DNA of 64,000 nt from a bacterium (GTDB lineage Bacteria > JADJOY01), in assembly GCA_046331705.1 (NCBI GenBank), contig JAXLQJ010000012.1, forward strand, positions 1-64,000. The letters are read 5' to 3'. The stretch's first letter is position 1. Every line of letters begins with the position of its first letter. The position numbers and the translations under genes were made by a program. Positions 47,019 to 57,498 of the stretch are shown here, one piece after another. The notes below the pieces were generated by a model that was given only the letters and a program-made list of their open reading frames with translations, did not search any database and was not told where the DNA came from.

Positions 47019-48839
47019 ATGGACGAAGTCGGCTCGATCCTGAGCGAGTGGCGCTACCCGCTCGCGTTCCTCGCGGTGATCGCGCTGGGCGTGCTGCTCC
47101 GGCGCTTCCTCGCCTTTCAGAACCTTCTCAAGCTCCGGGTGCGGCCGTTCGGCTACCGCGTCGTGGCCGCCGACGAGATCCCGGTGTGGCTGCCGGAGAC
47201 GCTCGAGCCCGCGCTGCGCGAGCTCTCGAACCTCGGGCTCGCGCCGGCGGCGTGGCTCGAGGTCACGCCGATCGTCGATCTCGAGCCGTCGCGCTACCCC
47301 GCGCTGTTGCTGCGCGATGGGAACGGCGCCTCGTGGGCGGTGCTGAGCATGGCCTCGGTGCCCGAGCCCGCCGCGGCGATCAGCGTCGAGCTCTTCTCGT
47401 TCCGGAGCGACGGCCGCTGCCTCTTCAGCACCAACGGCTGGTCGCACAGCATCGTCGGGGACCTGCCGGATACCGACGTCGACGATCCCTACGCCGAGAC
47501 GCTCGCCGAGCTGTGGACATCGCACCAGACCAAGCTGGGCGCGGGCGCGGCGGCGCTCGCGCTCGAGCGCGACGAGATGGTGCGCCGGGTCAACGAAGGC
47601 TTCGCGCGCTATCTGGAGGCGTTGATCGCCAAGGGCGCGGTGAAGCCTGGCGAAGCGCCGGAGCGCTGGGCGCTCACGGCGCGCGCGGCGTGGGCGATGT
47701 CGGCGCGGGCGGTTGCCAGCGCCAGCCGCATGCAGCGCTTGTTGGCGCGGCGCATGGCGCGGATGCGGATGCGCGCTCGTGCCATCGCGCGCGGCGAGCT
47801 CTCGCCACTGCGCGGCGGCAACGCCTACACGGACACCGAGGTGCCGGCGGGCGTCGAGGCGAGCGCGTTCCTGCGCGGCGAGGATCTGACGCGCCGCCCG
47901 AGCAGACGCGGCCTGGCTGGATGGGCGCTGGCGCTCACGGCGATCGCGTTCGTGCTCTCGTTCGCGCATCTGGTCGAGCCGCTCAGGCTCGCGCTGCTGG
48001 TGGCCGCCGTCACCTTTCACGAGCTCGGTCATCTGGTGGCGATGCGGCTGCGCGGCTACCGCGACACCAGCATCTTCTTCATTCCGTTCTTCGGCGCCGC
48101 CGCGACCGGACGCAAGCAGGACGCGACGCTGGCCGACGAGCTGATCGTCCTCCTGGCTGGACCGGTGCCCGGCCTGCTCGCGGCGCTCGCGCTCGCCGCG
48201 GCGCCGCTGGGCGCGCCACGCGCCGCGGGGCTCGACGAGGCGATCGTGCTCTTGATCGGGCTCAATGGCTTCAACTTGCTCCCGGTCCCGCCGCTCGACG
48301 GCGGGCGCGTCGTGCAGGCCTTGCTCGCGTCGCGCGCGCCGGCCGTGGATCTGGTGTTCCGCTTGTTCGCGGCGGGTGCGCTGCTGATGCTCGGCCTGGC
48401 CGCGGACTCGGTGGTGCTGCAGGCGCTCGCGGTGCTCCAGGGGACGGCGATTCCCGGTGCGTTGCGGGAGGCGCGGCTCGGCAACGAGGTCCGCGCCGAG
48501 ATCGCGCGACTGGGCGTGCTACCCACGAGCCCCGCGGCGCTCGTCTTCCGCGTGCTCAACGCGCACGGTGGGCGCCTGCTGCCCTTCAACCGCAAGTCCC
48601 AGCTGGTGCGTCCGGTGTACCGCAGGCTCTTGACGCCGCCGCCGACGCGTGGCGCGAGCGCGGCGGGGTGGTTCGCGTACGTCGCGGCGTGGGTGGTGGT
48701 CGTGGTGGCGCTGGTGCTCTTCGTCCGCACCGCCCCGGCCGACTCGCGTGGCGGTGGTTCCGCGCCGCCGCGACTCGAGGAGACGCCGTCCGCGCTGGAC
48801 GCTCATTTCCTGCGCGAGCGTCGAACCCACGTCTGGTAG
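47019..48839 (+). CDS. Site-2 protease (M50) family protein with long N-terminal extension
   Basis: HELGH, AGP, NLLPVPPLDGG. Confidence 0.85.
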   Translation: MDEVGSILSEWRYPLAFLAVIALGVLLRRFLAFQNLLKLRVRPFGYRVVAADEIPVWLPETLEPALRELSNLGLAPAAWLEVTPIVDLEPSRYPALLLRDGNGASWAVLSMASVPEPAAAISVELFSFRSDGRCLFSTNGWSHSIVGDLPDTDVDDPYAETLAELWTSHQTKLGAGAAALALERDEMVRRVNEGFARYLEALIAKGAVKPGEAPERWALTARAAWAMSARAVASASRMQRLLARRMARMRMRARAIARGELSPLRGGNAYTDTEVPAGVEASAFLRGEDLTRRPSRRGLAGWALALTAIAFVLSFAHLVEPLRLALLVAAVTFHELGHLVAMRLRGYRDTSIFFIPFFGAAATGRKQDATLADELIVLLAGPVPGLLAALALAAAPLGAPRAAGLDEAIVLLIGLNGFNLLPVPPLDGGRVVQALLASRAPAVDLVFRLFAAGALLMLGLAADSVVLQALAVLQGTAIPGALREARLGNEVRAEIARLGVLPTSPAALVFRVLNAHGGRLLPFNRKSQLVRPVYRRLLTPPPTRGASAAGWFAYVAAWVVVVVALVLFVRTAPADSRGGGSAPPRLEETPSALDAHFLRERRTHVW

Positions 48840-49387
48840 AGATCGAGGTGGCTCGCCGTTGCGCCGGCGGCCACCTCGCGGACGCGGCGCACGTCCTCGA
48901 CGGTACAGAAGGCGAACGGATCGGCCTTCTCGATCAGCGCGACCAGGCGCGCCAGATTGCGGCGCTTGGTGACCACGAACAGCACCTCCACGGGCAGCGC
49001 CTTCTCGCCGTGGCCCTCGAGATCCGTCACGAAGTAGTCGGCGGTGCGCAGCACCTGCGCCAGGTGCACCTCGCGATTGGGCGAGATGACGCGCACCACG
49101 GCATCGCCCATGGCGAGCGCCGCCTCCACCGCGATGCCCACGATGTTCCCCGCCGCGAAGCCGCCCGCGTAGGCGATCACCAGGTACCAGTGATCGAGGT
49201 GCCCGAGCACCTGCCCCACGGCGGTGAGCCAGATCAGCACCTCGAAGAAGCCGATGAAGGCCGCCAGCACGCGATGGCCGCGGAAGATCGAGATCGTCCG
49301 CACCGTGCCCAGCGACACGTCGCCGATGCGGAGCAGGAAGATCGCGAGCGCCAGCCAGTGCGGATGCGCGTGCAGCCAGTCGAGCAT
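48803..49387 (-). CDS. DUF5698/DUF2179 (UPF0316-like) membrane protein
   Basis: RIGDVSLGTVR, GFFEVLIW, YAGGFAAGN. Confidence 0.85.
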   Translation of the reverse strand: MLDWLHAHPHWLALAIFLLRIGDVSLGTVRTISIFRGHRVLAAFIGFFEVLIWLTAVGQVLGHLDHWYLVIAYAGGFAAGNIVGIAVEAALAMGDAVVRVISPNREVHLAQVLRTADYFVTDLEGHGEKALPVEVLFVVTKRRNLARLVALIEKADPFAFCTVEDVRRVREVAAGATASHLDLYQTWVRRSRRK

Positions 49388-49395
49388 CGGTGCGC

Positions 49396-50547
49396 TCAGT
49401 CGAGCAGCGCGGCGCACACGCGCGCGGCCTCGAAATGCTCGACGGCGAGCGAAGCGGCGCGGCGGCGTTGACGAGCGGGATCGGCCAGGCAGGCCTCCAC
49501 GGCGGCCACCGCTTCGTCGAGGGTGCGGAACGAGAAGAGCCCCTCGCCGGTGGGAACGAAGCGGCCGAAGCCGGTGTCCTGCGCGATCACCGGCCGGCCG
49601 GCGGCCAGGTAGCAGACCGCGCGATCACTGAACCAGCCGGAGGCGAGGTGGATGTTCATGTCCTTGGCGACGGTGAACTCGCCCGCCGAGTCGCGGATGA
49701 ACGTGCGATAGCGCTCGAGATCGGACGAGACGTAGCGCGGCGCCACGAATTCCCAACCCCGCGCCTCCATGGCGCCGCGGGCCTCGTCGTCGGGTCCCGC
49801 GGCGAGCAAGAAGCGCGCGCGCACCCGCTGCGGCAGCTCGGCGATCGCGAGCCATTCGGGGCGCTTGCTCCAGGTCATGAGCCTGCCGTCGAAGACGAGA
49901 TCGCGATGCGTTTCGTGGAACTTCCCGATGGTGGTGAAGGGTGCGTCGGGCTTGGCGGGCGGCGCGTCTCGCCACCACGAAGTCGCCACCGGCGGGCGCG
50001 TGGGCTTCCACTCGATTCCCGCGCTCGGAACCGGGGAGCTCGGACCGGCGAGCGCTTCGCCGAGCGTGAAGAAGCGATCGTGCTCCCGCACGAACGCGAG
50101 GTACTTGGCGTTGCGATCCACGGCGAGCTGGGTCCACACCGGGTCGAGGTCCACGTAGACCGCGCGGCGCCCTCGCCGCAGCCGTTCGTCGAAGCGCGCC
50201 ACGCCGCCGAGATTCACCAGCACGTCCGCATGCTCGAGCACGCGCTCCAAGCGACCCGCGCCTCCGCCCCAGGTGCGCTCGCCGTGGACGTCGCGAAACG
50301 CCCAGTCCTCGCGAAATCCGTGGGCGCGGAAGAATCGATCGACCGTCACGAGGTTCGACGCGTATTCCTGTGTGGTCACGTCGTGGATCGGATCGTAAGC
50401 GGTGGGGTCGTACTCGGTTCCCTCGTAGAAGAAGACCTCGTGACCCGCGTCGCGGAAGCCCTGCAAGTAGTGGAGGACCTGCCACGCGTAGCCGCCCATC
50501 GGGCAGCGCACGAAGTAGCCGGCGACGACGACGCGCTGGCGCTTCAC
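49396..50547 (-). CDS. Putative glycosyltransferase (GT-B-like)
   Basis: GGYAW...YLQGF...GHEV, GEFTVAK, SGWFSDR, YLAAGRPVIAQDTGF. Confidence 0.7.
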   Translation of the reverse strand: MKRQRVVVAGYFVRCPMGGYAWQVLHYLQGFRDAGHEVFFYEGTEYDPTAYDPIHDVTTQEYASNLVTVDRFFRAHGFREDWAFRDVHGERTWGGGAGRLERVLEHADVLVNLGGVARFDERLRRGRRAVYVDLDPVWTQLAVDRNAKYLAFVREHDRFFTLGEALAGPSSPVPSAGIEWKPTRPPVATSWWRDAPPAKPDAPFTTIGKFHETHRDLVFDGRLMTWSKRPEWLAIAELPQRVRARFLLAAGPDDEARGAMEARGWEFVAPRYVSSDLERYRTFIRDSAGEFTVAKDMNIHLASGWFSDRAVCYLAAGRPVIAQDTGFGRFVPTGEGLFSFRTLDEAVAAVEACLADPARQRRRAASLAVEHFEAARVCAALLD

Positions 50548-51761
50548 GACGCGGTGCCTCGTATGGCTCGCGCGCCGAGGGCGTGCGCGAGGAGCTGCCC
50601 GAGGACGAGGTTCGAGTCGAAGTGGGAGCGGGCGATCGCGAGCGCCGCCGCCGAATGGCGCTCGGGCTCGCGGGCCACCCGTGCGATCGCGTCCGCGGCC
50701 TCGTCGAGGGTGGAGAAGGGCAGCACGCCCTCGCCGGTGGGTATGGCGTGGCCGAAGCCGGTGTCTTGCACGATCACCGGCACGCCGAGCGCCAAGTAGC
50801 AGCTACTGCGGCACGAGAACCAGCCACTTCGACTCGCGGCGTACGCGTGTTTGGCGACGCTCCACTCGCCCAACGAATCGGCCAGGTAGTCGCGATAGCG
50901 CCAGCCGTCACCGGACACGCTGGCGGGATCGATCAGCACGAAGCCTGCCTCGCGCAGTCGTTCGCGCGGCGCGGGACCGGAAAGCGCCACCTCGATGGGC
51001 ACGGCGCTTCGCGACGGCAACGCGAGGAAGCGCTCGAACTCGCTGCTCTTGCCGAAATAGCGCACGCCGTCCACCACCAGCGGCTTCGCGTGCGGCTCCC
51101 AGCTCGCGACGGTCGTGAGCACGCGCCGTCGCGCGGCGAGCGGCCGGCTCGCGGGAGTGAAGCAGTCGAGGACCATCGGCTGGCGCGTCGGAATCCAGTC
51201 GAAGAGCGCCGTCGGCACCGTCGAGCCCGGCCGGCCGACGTTCTCACCGAACGTGAAGTGGACGTGATGGCGCTTCAGCATGTCCACGCGCTGCCGCTCC
51301 CCTTGGTCGGCGGTGCCCGCCACGTAGGCCGGCACCGAGGCCTGCGTGTACATCGGATCGGAGTCCACGAACGCCACGACGGCGGACGCCCAGTATTCGT
51401 CCCGCATCCAGCACGATGCCGAGATGTGCAGGAAGAGATCGGCCTCGCGCACGAAGCGTGTGACGTCGTTCCAATCACGGCCGAAGGTCGCGCCGGTCGC
51501 ATCGCGGAAGAACCAGCGGTCGGCGAGCGCCGGTTCGAGGCGCGCGATCTCGCATGCGAGGTGGCGGGCGTTGGCCGCGCCCGCCTCCACGAAGGTCTGC
51601 GCCGCCGCGTCGTAACACCAGCGGCCAGTGTCCTCGAGGTAGAGCACCTCGTGACCGAGCCGCTGAAAGCCGAGCGGGTACTGGAGGTAATCCCAGAACA
51701 CGCCGCCCAGCGGATAGGTGGCGGCGAGCCCGGTGGTGACGATGCGGAGCGGCCGCGCCAT
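50544..51761 (-). CDS. Putative glycosyltransferase (GT-B-like), paralogue of the adjacent gene
   Basis: GGVFW...Y...GF...GHEV, GEWSVAK, SGWFSCR, YLALGVPVIVQDTGF. Confidence 0.7.
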   Translation of the reverse strand: MARPLRIVTTGLAATYPLGGVFWDYLQYPLGFQRLGHEVLYLEDTGRWCYDAAAQTFVEAGAANARHLACEIARLEPALADRWFFRDATGATFGRDWNDVTRFVREADLFLHISASCWMRDEYWASAVVAFVDSDPMYTQASVPAYVAGTADQGERQRVDMLKRHHVHFTFGENVGRPGSTVPTALFDWIPTRQPMVLDCFTPASRPLAARRRVLTTVASWEPHAKPLVVDGVRYFGKSSEFERFLALPSRSAVPIEVALSGPAPRERLREAGFVLIDPASVSGDGWRYRDYLADSLGEWSVAKHAYAASRSGWFSCRSSCYLALGVPVIVQDTGFGHAIPTGEGVLPFSTLDEAADAIARVAREPERHSAAALAIARSHFDSNLVLGQLLAHALGARAIRGTAS

Positions 51762-51851
51762 GGCGGCCGAGAGTCTGGCTGAGCGTCGCGCTTGCGCCGA
51801 GCGGAGGGCGCTCGCGCCGCACGCCTGCGCGCGCGGCGGCGGAACGTGGGG

Positions 51852-52799
51852 TCAGGCGCTCGCGCGCGGGATGGTGCAGTGCACCTCGTTGCCCGCTCCC
51901 ACGTACTCGAGCAACGGGAACGCCACCTGACGCGCCAGCGCGATGCCGCGACCGTTGGGGTCCATGGCGCGCGCGGGATCGAAGTCGAGATAGGCGCCCC
52001 AGTCGAAGCCCGGGCCCTGATCGCGAATCGTGATCTCCACCGAGCGGGCGTCGCCGCGGAACTCGAGCTCGGCGAAGCGGGAGCGGTATTCGGGAAGCGC
52101 GAGACGCTTCTCGACCTCGCTCTCCCAGCGCCCGGCGAGAACGAGCGCGGTCTTCTCCTCGTACGCAATGCCGAGGTTGCCGTGCTCGACGGCGTTGATC
52201 GCGAGCTCCACCAGACCGCACACGATCACTTCCGGCGTGGGGCATTGGCTCGCGATCAAGCGCGCCAGGTTCCGCGCCTCGGCGAGGCTCTGGAACGAGA
52301 ACCGGCCGTGCACCATCCGCCCGATCGGCGGCAGCGCCACCGCCTCGCGGTCGCGAATCCAGCGGTTCCCGAGCGGACCGAGCAACGCGGACCGGACGAC
52401 CGCCAGCAGCATCGAGGATTTGTAGGGCTTGGTCAGGTAGTAGTAGACGCCGGCGCCGATCCCCTCGGTCACGTCCGCCACCGACGACCGACCGGTCTGG
52501 ATCACCACCGGGATGCGTCGCCACCGTGGGTCCTTGCTCATCGCTTGCGCGACGACCAGGCCATCCATCCCCGGCATGTTGCGGTCCAGCACGGCGACGT
52601 CGACGTCGGGGTGCTCCTCGAGCATCGCGAGCACCATGTCACCGCGCGTGGCCTCGACCACCTCGAGCCCCGAGCGAGTCAGCGCGCGCTGGATGAGCTT
52701 GAGGCACGCCGGCTCGTCGTCGACCGCGAGGATCTTGCCGCGGAGCTGAGGCGCGACGGGGGTGGGCAGCCCGTTCGGTGGCTGTACCAGGTCGATCAT
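51852..52799 (-). CDS. Response regulator receiver fused to HATPase (anti-sigma/Ser kinase-like) domain
   Basis: ILAVDD, DRNMP, KP. Later ELAINAVEHGN, DQGPGF, GRGI. Confidence 0.85.
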   Translation of the reverse strand: MIDLVQPPNGLPTPVAPQLRGKILAVDDEPACLKLIQRALTRSGLEVVEATRGDMVLAMLEEHPDVDVAVLDRNMPGMDGLVVAQAMSKDPRWRRIPVVIQTGRSSVADVTEGIGAGVYYYLTKPYKSSMLLAVVRSALLGPLGNRWIRDREAVALPPIGRMVHGRFSFQSLAEARNLARLIASQCPTPEVIVCGLVELAINAVEHGNLGIAYEEKTALVLAGRWESEVEKRLALPEYRSRFAELEFRGDARSVEITIRDQGPGFDWGAYLDFDPARAMDPNGRGIALARQVAFPLLEYVGAGNEVHCTIPRASA

Positions 52800-54025
52800 G
52801 CCGCACCTCGCATGTGGCCAGCGCGAGAGCCTGTCGTCCAGTCCAGGAGGGCGCGGTCGCACGAGACCTCGAGCAGCGCGATGTCGTCGTGCTGACGGTG
52901 CTCGCCGAGGAAGGCTTTCACCGCCTCCTGGGCGCGCACCAGCGCGAGGTCGAACGGTGCGCCGTCCACGATCGCGGCCTCCAGGCGATCGACACCGAAC
53001 TCCTCGCCTGTCGCATTGCTCGCTTCGACGAGCCCGTCGGACACCAGGAACACCCGATCGCGCGCGTCGACCTCGATGGCATCCAGCGAGTCGTCGAAGT
53101 CGCTCGGATCCAGGATGCCGAGCGCCAGGTGACGCGATGGGAAGCGATGCCTCACCCCGCCCGCCGCGCGGGTCACGAGCACGTCCGGCAGCCCGCCGTT
53201 CCACACCTGCAGACAACGGTGCTCGGCGTCCAGCGCGGCGATGGCTGCGGCGCAAAAGAGATTGCTCGGCAGCAGGACGTGCATCTCGCGGTTGATCTCG
53301 CGTACCAGCTCCTGCGGCGACGCATCGCCGGTGACCGCGCTGAAGAACACGTGCGCCGTGGGGACGGCGGCCACGGCGGCGGAGAGGCCGTGGCCGGTGA
53401 AGTCGCCGAGCATGACCATGAGGCCGCCGCTCGGCCGTGCCGCGGCGAGGATCAGGTCGCCGCTCACCGAGCTGATCGCGCTGCGCCAGTGGCGGACCGC
53501 GGGGCTGTCCAATCGGCCGTGGTCGAGGATGCGCGCGAAGATCGACTCCGCGAGCGTCACTTGCTCTTGGAGCTGCCGGTGCAGGCTGGTCACTTCCGCG
53601 CGTTGCGCGTCCAGGGTCGCGTGGATGTCGCGGATGCGCAGCATCGCGGAGACCTTGGCCTTCAGCACCGCGGGGGTGCAGGGCTTCGACACGAAGTCGT
53701 CGGCGCCCGCCTCGATGGCTCGCACCAGGTCACGGTCGTCGCTGAGGGAGGTCAGGAACAGCACCGGGACGAAACGATTGCCGGCGAGCGCCTTGATCCG
53801 GCGCGTGGTCTCGAAGCCGTCGGCATCGGGCAGCACCGCATCCATCAGCACGAAGTCGACGGGCTGGCGCTCGAAGAGCGCGATCGCCTGCGCGCTCGTG
53901 GACGCGGCCACCACCTCGAGCCCGTACGCCTGGACCATCTGCGAGACGAGCGTGCGCCAGATCGGATTGTCGTCGACCACCAGCGCCAGGGGTCGACCTC
54001 CGGGTGCGTGGGTCGTTCCCGACAT
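52796..54025 (-). CDS. Response regulator receiver fused to SpoIIE/PP2C phosphatase
   Basis: VVDD, FVLMD, KP. Later SGD, GDFTGHGLSAA, SDGL, DDIA. Confidence 0.9.
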   Translation of the reverse strand: MSGTTHAPGGRPLALVVDDNPIWRTLVSQMVQAYGLEVVAASTSAQAIALFERQPVDFVLMDAVLPDADGFETTRRIKALAGNRFVPVLFLTSLSDDRDLVRAIEAGADDFVSKPCTPAVLKAKVSAMLRIRDIHATLDAQRAEVTSLHRQLQEQVTLAESIFARILDHGRLDSPAVRHWRSAISSVSGDLILAAARPSGGLMVMLGDFTGHGLSAAVAAVPTAHVFFSAVTGDASPQELVREINREMHVLLPSNLFCAAAIAALDAEHRCLQVWNGGLPDVLVTRAAGGVRHRFPSRHLALGILDPSDFDDSLDAIEVDARDRVFLVSDGLVEASNATGEEFGVDRLEAAIVDGAPFDLALVRAQEAVKAFLGEHRQHDDIALLEVSCDRALLDWTTGSRAGHMRGAA

Positions 54026-54026
54026 G

Positions 54027-54332
54027 TCAACGCAGCTCGAACAGGCGCTCGAAGTGCGCCATCCGCAGGATCGACGAAACACGCGGGTTGGCGCCCTCGA
54101 TCACCACGTGGCTGTGGTCGGCGCCCGCGTGATCGCGAAGGAGCAGCAGCATGCCCAGCGCCGAGCTGTCGAGGTACTCGGTCCGCGACAAGTCGACGAC
54201 GAAGCTCGTTGCGGGGCCCGGCAGCTCGCGGTAGGCGCCGCGGAAGTCGTTGTGGGAGGCGAAGTCGAAGCGCCCCACGACCTGGATGCGGACGGTGTGG
54301 CCGTCGGGCGAGCGTTGGGATGCGACGGACAT
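54027..54332 (-). CDS. STAS-domain anti-sigma factor antagonist
   Basis: GRFDF, VDLSRTEYLDSSALGMLL. Confidence 0.92.
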   Translation of the reverse strand: MSVASQRSPDGHTVRIQVVGRFDFASHNDFRGAYRELPGPATSFVVDLSRTEYLDSSALGMLLLLRDHAGADHSHVVIEGANPRVSSILRMAHFERLFELR

Positions 54333-54350
54333 GGACGAATCCTCCTGGCC

Positions 54351-55607
54351 TCAGAACAGATCGATCTCGCCTGCGGCCATGTTTTCCTGGCGCACCGCCC
54401 GATGCTCTTCCCGCACGCATTCGGCGGCGGTCTCCTCGCTCCAGCGAATCAGCTCGTCGCAGGCGTGATCTTCCGCGCTCACGCGTTGGCTCGCGCCGTT
54501 CAGGTACTCGGACAAGCGCTGGACGTCGCGCAGCCGGTGATCGAGGAGCTGGGTGAGGATGTCCTCGAACTGCAGCGAGCGGACCGCGTCCGCGACCCCG
54601 CGCTCGATGTCCTGCGTGATGCTGGAGACGTCGTCGAGCCCGGAGGCGACGCGCGTGTTGGTCTCGGCGAGATCGCCCATCATGCGGTTGACGGTCTCGC
54701 GCGACTCCACCGCGGTGTTGAGGTCGCGCGACGCGAACTCGCGTACCAGTCGCGTCACGTCGTGGGTGATGGCGCGCGCTTCCCGAACCGCGTCGCCGAT
54801 CTGGGTGCCGAACTGATTCGAGCGACGCGAGAGCTCGCGCACCTCGTTGGCGACGATCTTGAACCCGGCGCCAGCCTCCCCCGCGCGTGCCGCCTCGATG
54901 GTGGCGTTGAGCGCGAGCAGGTTGGTCTTCTTGGCGATGTCGGCCTGGTCCTTCAGCAGCCGCTCGACGCGGTCCATGCTCGCGCCGATCTCCTGGATGC
55001 GGTGCACGATCTCCATGCTGTTCTTGCTGACCACCACGATGTGATCGACGAACGAGCCGAGGATGTCGTCGGTCTTGCGGATGAACGCCTGCAAGCCCGC
55101 GTTCTCGTCGCCGGGCCGGTCGTTCTCGCCGTGCCCCAGCCTGCTCACCAGATCGCGTACCAGCGACTCCTGCGCGACGACCTGGTTGCGGATCTGCTCG
55201 AACCCGGAATAGAGCGTGGCGATCGCGTCGCGCAGGATGCCGCGCACCTGCACGAGGTCGCCGTCGGTGCGCGTGAGCACGACCACGCTGGTGCGGGCCA
55301 GATCGTCGATCACGCGCACGCGGGTGTCGGTCACGACGGGTGCGGCGGGAGTCGCCCCCGGCCGCCGCCACGCGGCCCGCAACGACGTGCCGATCCAGGT
55401 CGCGAGCGCCGCGCCGAGCGCCACCGGCGCGAAGGCGGGCGCCGCGGCGGCGAGCGCGACGGCGACCACGGAGACGGTCAGCGCCGGGGCGTTCACGCGC
55501 GCCCACTCCGGCAGCGGTCCGGCCACGAGCCGCTCGCGCGCGGAACGCACGAGCCGCGAGATTGCCGCTGCGCCGGTCGGTGGGGCGATGGGCTCGATCA
55601 TGTCCAT
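54351..55607 (-). CDS. Methyl-accepting chemotaxis protein (short, McpA-like)
   Basis: [26 protein letters not shown]-terminal GEIDLF. Confidence 0.9.
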   Translation of the reverse strand: MDMIEPIAPPTGAAAISRLVRSARERLVAGPLPEWARVNAPALTVSVVAVALAAAAPAFAPVALGAALATWIGTSLRAAWRRPGATPAAPVVTDTRVRVIDDLARTSVVVLTRTDGDLVQVRGILRDAIATLYSGFEQIRNQVVAQESLVRDLVSRLGHGENDRPGDENAGLQAFIRKTDDILGSFVDHIVVVSKNSMEIVHRIQEIGASMDRVERLLKDQADIAKKTNLLALNATIEAARAGEAGAGFKIVANEVRELSRRSNQFGTQIGDAVREARAITHDVTRLVREFASRDLNTAVESRETVNRMMGDLAETNTRVASGLDDVSSITQDIERGVADAVRSLQFEDILTQLLDHRLRDVQRLSEYLNGASQRVSAEDHACDELIRWSEETAAECVREEHRAVRQENMAAGEIDLF

Positions 55608-55698
55608 GCGTGACTCTCCGTCGCCGAGGGGCCAGGTCGGCCCGTTCGAGCTGACCCCGGTGGACCCAGGTGCCCAGCGAGTGGCGTGCGGCAGCGCA

Positions 55699-56823
55699 TC
55701 AGCGGACCAGTGCCAGCACGGATCGTGCCACCTGAGAGAGCGGTACCACGGCGTCCACGGCGCCGCGTTTGACCGCTTCGCCGGGCATTCCCCAGACGAC
55801 GCTCGAAGCCTGGTCCTGGGCCAGGGTCTTGGCGCCGTTCTCCCGCATCTCGAGCAACCCCTGGGCGCCGTCGGCGCCCATGCCCGTGAGGATCACGCCG
55901 ATCGCGTTGGGGCCGGCGCTTTGCGCCACCGAGCGGAACATCACGTCCACCGAGGGGCGGTGGCGGTTCACGGGTGGGCCATCGCTGAGCTCGCACACGT
56001 ACTGGGCGCCGTTTCGACGCAGCAGCAGATGGCTGTGGCCCGGCGCGATGTACACGTGGCCCGGCAGAACTTGCTGCCCGTGCTCCGCTTCGCGCACCGA
56101 CATCGGCGAGGTGGTGTCGAGCCGCCTCGCGAACGGGCCGCTGAAGGCCTCGGGGATGTGCTGCGAGATCAGGATGCCGGGGGCGTCCGCGGGCAGCTGG
56201 TCGAGCACCTCGCGAATCGCCTCGGTGCCGCCGGTGGAGGCGCCGATGGCGATCACTCGATCGGTGGTGCGGAAATGGCCGCGCGCGGCCGCGCGCTGGA
56301 TCACCGCGTCCGCGGAGAGCTTTCCCTCGATCGGCGCGGGGGCGGCGCGCGCCGCGCGGTCGCGCGTGGTCACCCGGGCGCCGGCGGCGCTGCGTACCTT
56401 GGCGATGATCTCCTCGGCGCACGCTTCCAGGCCGCGTGCTTGGTCGATCTTGGGCTTGGAGACGAAGTCGACGGCGCCCAGCGAGAGCGCCTCGAGCGTC
56501 ACGTCCGCGCCCTTCTCGGTCAGCGACGACACCATCACCACGGGCATGGGTCGCAAGCGCATGAGATTGGACAGGAACTTGAGGCCGTCCATCCGCGGCA
56601 TCTCGACGTCGAGGGTGAGGACGTCGGGATCGAGCTCCTTGATCTTGTCGCGCGCGATGAACGGATCGGACGCCGTGCCCACGACCTCGAGATCCCGCGC
56701 CGAGCCGAGGATCTCGGTCAGGAGCCTGCGCATCAGCGCCGAGTCGTCGACGATCAGGACGCGGGTTCGGCGCTTCACGTCGTCGGTGGCGCGGGCGCGC
56801 GTCACGGTGGCGGTGATTGGCAT
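55699..56823 (-). CDS. cheB: Chemotaxis methylesterase
   Basis: Receiver domain plus [24 protein letters not shown]. Confidence 0.96.
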   Translation of the reverse strand: MPITATVTRARATDDVKRRTRVLIVDDSALMRRLLTEILGSARDLEVVGTASDPFIARDKIKELDPDVLTLDVEMPRMDGLKFLSNLMRLRPMPVVMVSSLTEKGADVTLEALSLGAVDFVSKPKIDQARGLEACAEEIIAKVRSAAGARVTTRDRAARAAPAPIEGKLSADAVIQRAAARGHFRTTDRVIAIGASTGGTEAIREVLDQLPADAPGILISQHIPEAFSGPFARRLDTTSPMSVREAEHGQQVLPGHVYIAPGHSHLLLRRNGAQYVCELSDGPPVNRHRPSVDVMFRSVAQSAGPNAIGVILTGMGADGAQGLLEMRENGAKTLAQDQASSVVWGMPGEAVKRGAVDAVVPLSQVARSVLALVR

Positions 56824-56838
56824 GGTGAGATCGACCTC

Positions 56839-57498
56839 TCAGAAGAGCTCGACCGCTCCGCGCTGCGGCTTGGCTCGGAGCGTCGTGGCGTAGGCTCGTT
56901 CGCGTTGGAAGATCGTGTCGTTGGCGAGCTTCTTGAGCTTGAGGACGCGGACCCGCCCGGTCAGCGGCTGGTAGTAGACCTTGCGCGGATAGACGTCCTC
57001 GACGTCCTCGCCCAGCACCGCGAGCCCCTCGGCCTTCAGGAACTCGCGAGCGAACGCCACGTTCATCTTCCCGACGTTGGTCATCCCCGCGAGCACCGCG
57101 CCGCCGCCGGTGATCTTGATCTCGAGGTCCTTGCGGCGCGAGCCGCGCTTGATGAGCTCGTTCAGGAGCGTTTCGATCGCGAAGCTCCCGTAGCGCGTCG
57201 CTTGCGAGGGATCGTCCACCTCCCAGCCGCCGCCGTTGGTGGCGTGGGTCGGCAGCATGAAGTGGTTCATGCCGCCGATCCGCCGCACCGGATCGCGCAC
57301 GCACACCGAGACGCAACTGCCGAGCACCGTGACGATGAGCTCGTCGTTGCGCGTGACGTAGTACTCGCCGGGCAGGATCTTGGCCGCGTACGTGCCGTGC
57401 AGCGGGTCCCAGTAGCGCGTGATGTGGCCGAAGCCGGCCAGCGGCTCGGGCAACGAGCTGCCGCGCGGCTCGGGGATGCGTGGCGCCGCGCTCAACAT
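56839..57498 (-). CDS. cheD: Chemoreceptor glutamine deamidase
   Basis: KILPGEYY, TVLGSCVS, GGMNHFMLP. ATG 57498. Confidence 0.94.
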   Translation of the reverse strand: MLSAAPRIPEPRGSSLPEPLAGFGHITRYWDPLHGTYAAKILPGEYYVTRNDELIVTVLGSCVSVCVRDPVRRIGGMNHFMLPTHATNGGGWEVDDPSQATRYGSFAIETLLNELIKRGSRRKDLEIKITGGGAVLAGMTNVGKMNVAFAREFLKAEGLAVLGEDVEDVYPRKVYYQPLTGRVRVLKLKKLANDTIFQRERAYATTLRAKPQRGAVELF

